Below, piece by piece: positions 59,516-64,000 of a stretch of 64,000 nt of DNA. Both the position numbers and the translations under genes were made by a program. Position 1 is the first letter of the stretch. The number at the start of each line of letters is the position of its first letter. Under the pieces are notes generated by a model. That model did not search any database, was not told the DNA's origin, and saw nothing but the letters and a program-made list of their open reading frames with translations. This stretch comes from Lachnospiraceae bacterium (GTDB taxonomy: Bacteria > Bacillota > Clostridia > Lachnospirales > Lachnospiraceae), in NCBI GenBank assembly GCA_017623675.1, contig JAGAOO010000006.1, positions 16,355 to 80,354 on the forward strand. The letters are read 5' to 3'.

Positions 59516-60829
59516 ATGACTTTTTTCGAATTCAGTTATTTAGCATTTGGAGTCTTAGATTTATATATTGTATTAATTTGTCCTATTCTTGACTTTTTAT
59601 CAAATAAAAAGAAAGTTATTACTGCTATTATTCTAGTCGTATCTTCTATATTGACCCGGTGTTTTTTCCCCGTTCTTTCAACCTATATTATTTTAATATT
59701 ATTATTTACATTAATTTTCTTTTTCACAGGCAAGAAGCTGATTGCAGTTTGTCTTTCTTTATTCAATTATCTTCTATCCATTGTATTAAGCTACTTTACG
59801 CTATTTGTTATGGAACATTTATTTAAAATAACAGAAGTCGAAGCACTCGTAGATTACTATATTCCTTACTACATCTTTTTAACCATACTTTTTGTAACAT
59901 CTTCTTATGCCATTCGAATTATATATAGTTCTGCAATTGACAAACATTTGATACTCCCTAAAAGTACCAGTGCCTTACTTTTAATTTATCTGGCTATCTG
60001 TGCCATATTATTTATTTACAATTATAGTTATGAAGCAGCTCTTGGATTTCCACAGGAAGTAGTCCGAGTGAATACTATTTTATTTTTAATCTTCTTCCTA
60101 TTTACCAGTATTTTCATTGTAATTATGATGTACATTTTAAGAAGGGATGCAAAATTGCAGGCACAAAATGTTCAATATGAGAGTCTTCAACGCTATACAG
60201 AACAGGTTGAAGAACTCTATCAAAATATTCGAGGTTTTAAGCACGACTATATCAACATCCTATCTACCATGCAGTTATATATGGAACAAGAGGACTGGGT
60301 TAATTTGAAAACATACTTCAATACAGAGATTCTTCCAACCGGTGCCACCTTTCAGGATTCATCACAAACATTGGGTCAATTAAGTAATTTGCAAATTCCG
60401 GAATTAAAAAGTATACTATATAATAAATTGGTAAAAGCCATTGAATTAGGACTAAAGGTTCAGTTGGAAATTCGAAAGCCAATCACAAAGATTGCAGTAA
60501 AGAATGTGGATATTGCACGAGTCATTGGTATTTATCTGGACAATGCCATTGAGGCTTTGCTGGAACTGGACTCCGAGTGTCCACGCCAGTTATCTGTTGC
60601 GCTTATTGATATGAAAGATTCCGTTGTCATTATCATACAAAATAATTGTAAGGAACTATCTTTGAATTTACATAAGCTGGGCACTCTAAGCTACACGACA
60701 AAAGGAAAAAACCGTGGTATGGGGCTTTATCTTGCTGCCAAAACGCTTCGTTCATACAGGAACATACAGAAAGAAACAACTTACGAAAACCATACATTTA
60801 CTCAAACATTAAAAATATTCAATTGTTAA
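59516..60829 (+). CDS. agrC: AgrC-like sensor histidine kinase (HPK10/GHKL, polytopic sensor)
   Basis: About 6 TM helices, H-box RGFKHDYINIL, N-box IYLDNAIEA, G-box KGKNRGMGL. Confidence 0.85.
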   Translation: MTFFEFSYLAFGVLDLYIVLICPILDFLSNKKKVITAIILVVSSILTRCFFPVLSTYIILILLFTLIFFFTGKKLIAVCLSLFNYLLSIVLSYFTLFVMEHLFKITEVEALVDYYIPYYIFLTILFVTSSYAIRIIYSSAIDKHLILPKSTSALLLIYLAICAILFIYNYSYEAALGFPQEVVRVNTILFLIFFLFTSIFIVIMMYILRRDAKLQAQNVQYESLQRYTEQVEELYQNIRGFKHDYINILSTMQLYMEQEDWVNLKTYFNTEILPTGATFQDSSQTLGQLSNLQIPELKSILYNKLVKAIELGLKVQLEIRKPITKIAVKNVDIARVIGIYLDNAIEALLELDSECPRQLSVALIDMKDSVVIIIQNNCKELSLNLHKLGTLSYTTKGKNRGMGLYLAAKTLRSYRNIQKETTYENHTFTQTLKIFNC

Positions 60830-60841
60830 GGAGATACTGTT

Positions 60842-61594
60842 TTGCTATCCATTTACATATGCGAGGATAATCCAATTCAATTAAACCATTATAGGACTAT
60901 TGTTGAAAATATTATTCTGATGGAAGAACTTGATATGAAAATACAAGCTGCTGTTACTAATCCGGATGAACTGTTGACAATAGCGAAGCAAACTCAACAG
61001 AATCAGGAAAATGGCGGTGCATTCTATCTCTTAGATATTGACTTGAATGCAAATAAGGATGGTTTCGATGTGGCTCAGGCAATCCGTGAATTTGATTCCC
61101 GTGGTTTTATTGCTTTTATTACAACCCACTCTGAAATGGCAATGCTTACCTTTAAGTACCAAGTGGAAGCAATGGATTTTATTCTCAAAGACGATATCTG
61201 GAGCATTGGCACTCATATCCGCAGTTGTTTGGAAGTTGCCAAAAAAAGATATATTACTTATTCACAAGTGCCTATGCTAGCATTCAAAACCGGTGACCAG
61301 ACCATTTATATAGAGCAGGACCGTATTCAATATATTGCAACTTCCTCTACGCCTCATAAGGTTACTGTTGTCACAGAAAACAGCATCACAGAATTTTATG
61401 GAAGTTTAAAAAAGTGCTCTGAAGTATTACCACAAAATTTCATTCGTTGTCATAAAGCCTATATTGTAAATGTAAATCACATCACTTCTGTCGACAGGAA
61501 AACATTTGCTATTACCTTTGCAAATAATCATACCTGCTTTGCTTCTACCAGAGGAATCACCCGGGTGTTACGTGCAATCAAAATGATGAATTAG
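60842..61594 (+). CDS. agrA: LytTR-family response regulator (AgrA-like)
   Basis: Receiver domain (IYICEDN, LLDIDL) followed by a LytTR DNA-binding domain. TTG start. Confidence 0.85.
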   Translation: MLSIYICEDNPIQLNHYRTIVENIILMEELDMKIQAAVTNPDELLTIAKQTQQNQENGGAFYLLDIDLNANKDGFDVAQAIREFDSRGFIAFITTHSEMAMLTFKYQVEAMDFILKDDIWSIGTHIRSCLEVAKKRYITYSQVPMLAFKTGDQTIYIEQDRIQYIATSSTPHKVTVVTENSITEFYGSLKKCSEVLPQNFIRCHKAYIVNVNHITSVDRKTFAITFANNHTCFASTRGITRVLRAIKMMN

Positions 61595-61663
61595 CGTCTT
61601 GCAAATTTTGAAAACATTGTTATAATTTTTTCTAAATATAGACAACTCAAGGAGGATATACTA

Positions 61664-61909
61664 ATGACATATAAAACACAGGGCGTATGCTCTTCTCAAA
61701 TTACATTTGATATTGTAGATAATAAAGTATACAATGTTAAATTCACCGGTGGCTGTAACGGCAATACACAGGGTGTTGCTGCTCTAGTGGAAGGAATGGA
61801 TGTTGATGAAGTAATCAAACGTACCGAAGGAATTCGATGCGGATTCCGTCCTACCTCTTGCCCGGATCAGTTGGCAACTGCATTGAAACAAGCCATTGCA
61901 CAAAAATAA
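61664..61909 (+). CDS. TSCPD-domain small protein (TIGR03905-like)
   Basis: 81 aa: ...GVCSSQITFD...FTGGCNGNTQGV...RPTSCPDQLA. Confidence 0.7.
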   Translation: MTYKTQGVCSSQITFDIVDNKVYNVKFTGGCNGNTQGVAALVEGMDVDEVIKRTEGIRCGFRPTSCPDQLATALKQAIAQK

Positions 61910-61930
61910 ATACCAGTCAGGAGGCAGAGT

Positions 61931-62998
61931 ATGAAACGAATTATCCTTACCGGTGGCGGAACTGCCGGACATGTTACTCCGAATATTGCATTAATCCCTT
62001 ATTTACAGGAAGCCGGATATGATATTCACTATATTGGCTCCTATACCGGCATTGAAAAGAAATTAATTGAAGATATGAAGATTCCTTATCATGGAATCTC
62101 CTCCGGTAAACTACGGCGATACTTTGATGTAAAGAATTTTTCCGATCCCTTTCGTGTTATAAAAGGATATGGCGAAGCCTCCCGTCTGATTAAAAGCCTG
62201 AAACCGGATGTGGTATTCAGTAAGGGTGGATTTGTCTCTGTTCCTGTTGTTATGGCAGCAAAGAATCATAAGGTACCTGCTATTATTCACGAATCAGATA
62301 TGACACCGGGACTTGCCAATAAGTTGTGTATACCATGTGCTGCCAAAATATGCTGCAATTTCCCTGAAGCTATGGAGCATTTACCAAAAGACAAGGCGGT
62401 ATTAACCGGCACACCTATCCGACAGGAATTATTCAAAGGCGACCCGGTTGAGGCAGTTCAATTTACCGGACTGGATGCCAATAAACCGACCATACTGGTA
62501 GTTGGCGGCAGTACCGGAAGCGTAAAGGTGAATGAAGCAGTTCGAGGCTGTTTAGACGAGCTGTTACAGACCTATCAGGTTATTCATTTATGTGGAAAAG
62601 ATAAAGTTGATTCTGAATATGAAAATCGTGCCGGATATGTACAGTATGAGTACATTAAAAAGGAACTAAGTTCTTTACTGGCATTTGCAGATATTGTAAT
62701 TTCCAGAGCCGGTGCCAATGCTATCTGTGAACTGCAGGCTTTGGCAAAACCGAATATCCTGATTCCTCTTGGTTCTAATGCCAGCCGGGGCGACCAGATT
62801 CTTAACGCCGAATCCTTTGAAAAACAAGGCTTCAGTTATGTTCTTATGGAGGAAAACCTTTCGAAGGAAGCTTTGTTAGAAGCTGTCAACTATGTGTATG
62901 AGCATCGCAGTGAATATAAAAAGACCATGGAAGCCAGCCAGATGACCAATGCCATTGAAAAAATAATGAAATTGATTAATCGAGCTGCAAATCAATAA
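61931..62998 (+). CDS. murG: Undecaprenyldiphospho-muramoylpentapeptide beta-N-acetylglucosaminyltransferase
   Basis: LTGGGTAGHVTPN, ...ISRAGANAICE...; 355 aa. Confidence 0.92.
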   Translation: MKRIILTGGGTAGHVTPNIALIPYLQEAGYDIHYIGSYTGIEKKLIEDMKIPYHGISSGKLRRYFDVKNFSDPFRVIKGYGEASRLIKSLKPDVVFSKGGFVSVPVVMAAKNHKVPAIIHESDMTPGLANKLCIPCAAKICCNFPEAMEHLPKDKAVLTGTPIRQELFKGDPVEAVQFTGLDANKPTILVVGGSTGSVKVNEAVRGCLDELLQTYQVIHLCGKDKVDSEYENRAGYVQYEYIKKELSSLLAFADIVISRAGANAICELQALAKPNILIPLGSNASRGDQILNAESFEKQGFSYVLMEENLSKEALLEAVNYVYEHRSEYKKTMEASQMTNAIEKIMKLINRAANQ

Positions 62999-63010
62999 CT
63001 ATTCTAGTAT

Positions 63011-63056
63011 AAAAATGCGTCCAAGTTCTGTTATACAACAGAGTGGACGCATTTTT
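63011..63056. terminator. Bidirectional intrinsic terminator after murG
   Basis: AAAAATGCGTCCA...TGGACGCATTTTT. Confidence 0.7.
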
Positions 63057-63085
63057 GCTTTACTATATCATTTCACTGGCAGATG

Positions 63086-63412
63086 CTATATGAGATATCG
63101 GTTCCAAATATCGAAGAACCATTCCATTCCTGCCATTCCCAGAGAAAACAACGTAATTATAAATACCAGAAATATTCCCCAGCCATCATATGTTGCCTGT
63201 TCACTCCAAAATGTACTAACCAACACCTCAACTCCAAGCGAAATCATGGCACATGGCCACAGATGCCAGATTGTATTGTAGGTCAAGGTTGGAACAAAAA
63301 TGTGTGCGAGAAATATACATCCGAAAAATAACAATATCAGTCCTAATGTAATTGTTCCCACCTTATGTGTACGACGTTTTTTTACAGGTACCTGTTCCTG
63401 TTCCATTTCCAT
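63086..63412 (-). CDS. Hypothetical small membrane protein
   Basis: 108 aa, 3-4 TM helices. Confidence 0.45.
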   Translation of the reverse strand: MEMEQEQVPVKKRRTHKVGTITLGLILLFFGCIFLAHIFVPTLTYNTIWHLWPCAMISLGVEVLVSTFWSEQATYDGWGIFLVFIITLFSLGMAGMEWFFDIWNRYLI

Positions 63413-63418
63413 CTTTCA

Positions 63419-63991
63419 TCACCTCTCCTCTTCATTCTCTTTTGATTGGTCCGGCTGTGGTTGCTGCGGTGCCGGAAGTTCCTGTCTGCTCAACTCCGCT
63501 GCCTGTGCTTCCAGGCTTTCTTTCTTACCTGCTATCATTTTGATACCAATAATAATTAATACAATTGCAACTGCCAGTCTTGAAATCAAATTCGTTGGAA
63601 TCAGATTCCAGATTGCATCCGGTAACATTCGCATTGTTAAATCACCAAGCATAATTACACCCATGAAAATCAACAAACCAGCCACAATTCTGCGAAGTGT
63701 CTTGGACATGCCTTTTTCTCCTACAAATGGAAGCATATATGTATCCTCCATTTTCATAAATTCCTCCTCTGGTATTCCTCCCAGATTATTCGCATGGAAA
63801 AAGCTGTATATCCATATGATTGCCGTTACAAATAGTAATTGGTCGATGCCTGTTAAACTTGCAATACCCATTGTTCCAAAGAAACCTATCAGCAACGAAA
63901 GTCCCATTTTCATAAATCCCAGATACATTTCTCCTGCTCCCGGTAACAAGGAGCATAAAAATACTAAAAAACGATTCTTTTTTTGTTTCAT
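63419..63991 (-). CDS. Hypothetical membrane protein with Gln/Pro/Glu-rich C-terminal tail
   Basis: 190 aa, about 5 TM helices. Confidence 0.45.
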   Translation of the reverse strand: MKQKKNRFLVFLCSLLPGAGEMYLGFMKMGLSLLIGFFGTMGIASLTGIDQLLFVTAIIWIYSFFHANNLGGIPEEEFMKMEDTYMLPFVGEKGMSKTLRRIVAGLLIFMGVIMLGDLTMRMLPDAIWNLIPTNLISRLAVAIVLIIIGIKMIAGKKESLEAQAAELSRQELPAPQQPQPDQSKENEEER

Positions 63992-64000
63992 TCTTTTTTC

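Overview
This 64-kb window looks like a chromosomal segment of a low-GC, anaerobic, spore-forming Firmicute. Gene content (cwlD, spoVK-like AAA+, agr, pyruvate formate-lyase, clostridial ferredoxin) suggests Clostridia or Lachnospiraceae, but that is inference. Most of it is housekeeping: comEA (partial), argJ-argB, a complete F-type ATP synthase operon (atpZ/I-BEFHAGDC), rpiB, sua5/tsaC, cwlD, mecA, a PFL locus with activase and ferredoxin, plsC, a lipid kinase, gdpP-rplI-dnaB, a two-component/ABC (Bce-like) module, pgi, the mtaD-luxS-mtnN activated-methyl-cycle operon, a full agrBD/agrCA quorum-sensing locus, and murG. No rRNA, tRNA, CRISPR array or intact IS/prophage was seen. The most unusual item is a 550-580 nt, highly structured, apparently non-coding element present twice in opposite orientation (4704-5284 on +, 38439-38991 on -). 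The two copies differ by compensatory base-pair substitutions, the helices carry strand-specific G-U wobbles, and the overlapping ORFs are not conserved. It looks like a large ornate ncRNA or a structured MITE-like element, and I cannot place it in a named family without a covariance-model search. Other items worth a second look: (1) a pyruvate formate-lyase split into a core, a 71-aa partial-paralog ORF and a free-standing glycyl-radical domain; (2) a family of about 65-nt tandem intergenic repeats at three loci; (3) a type I toxin-antitoxin-like small hydrophobic ORF; (4) a cysteine-less AgrD; (5) a membrane-anchored MerR-type regulator translationally coupled to a CPBP intramembrane protease; (6) a Na+-type ATP synthase c-subunit signature. 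Coordinates taken from the ORF track include the stop codon. Several starts were moved to the first ATG that has a Shine-Dalgarno sequence.
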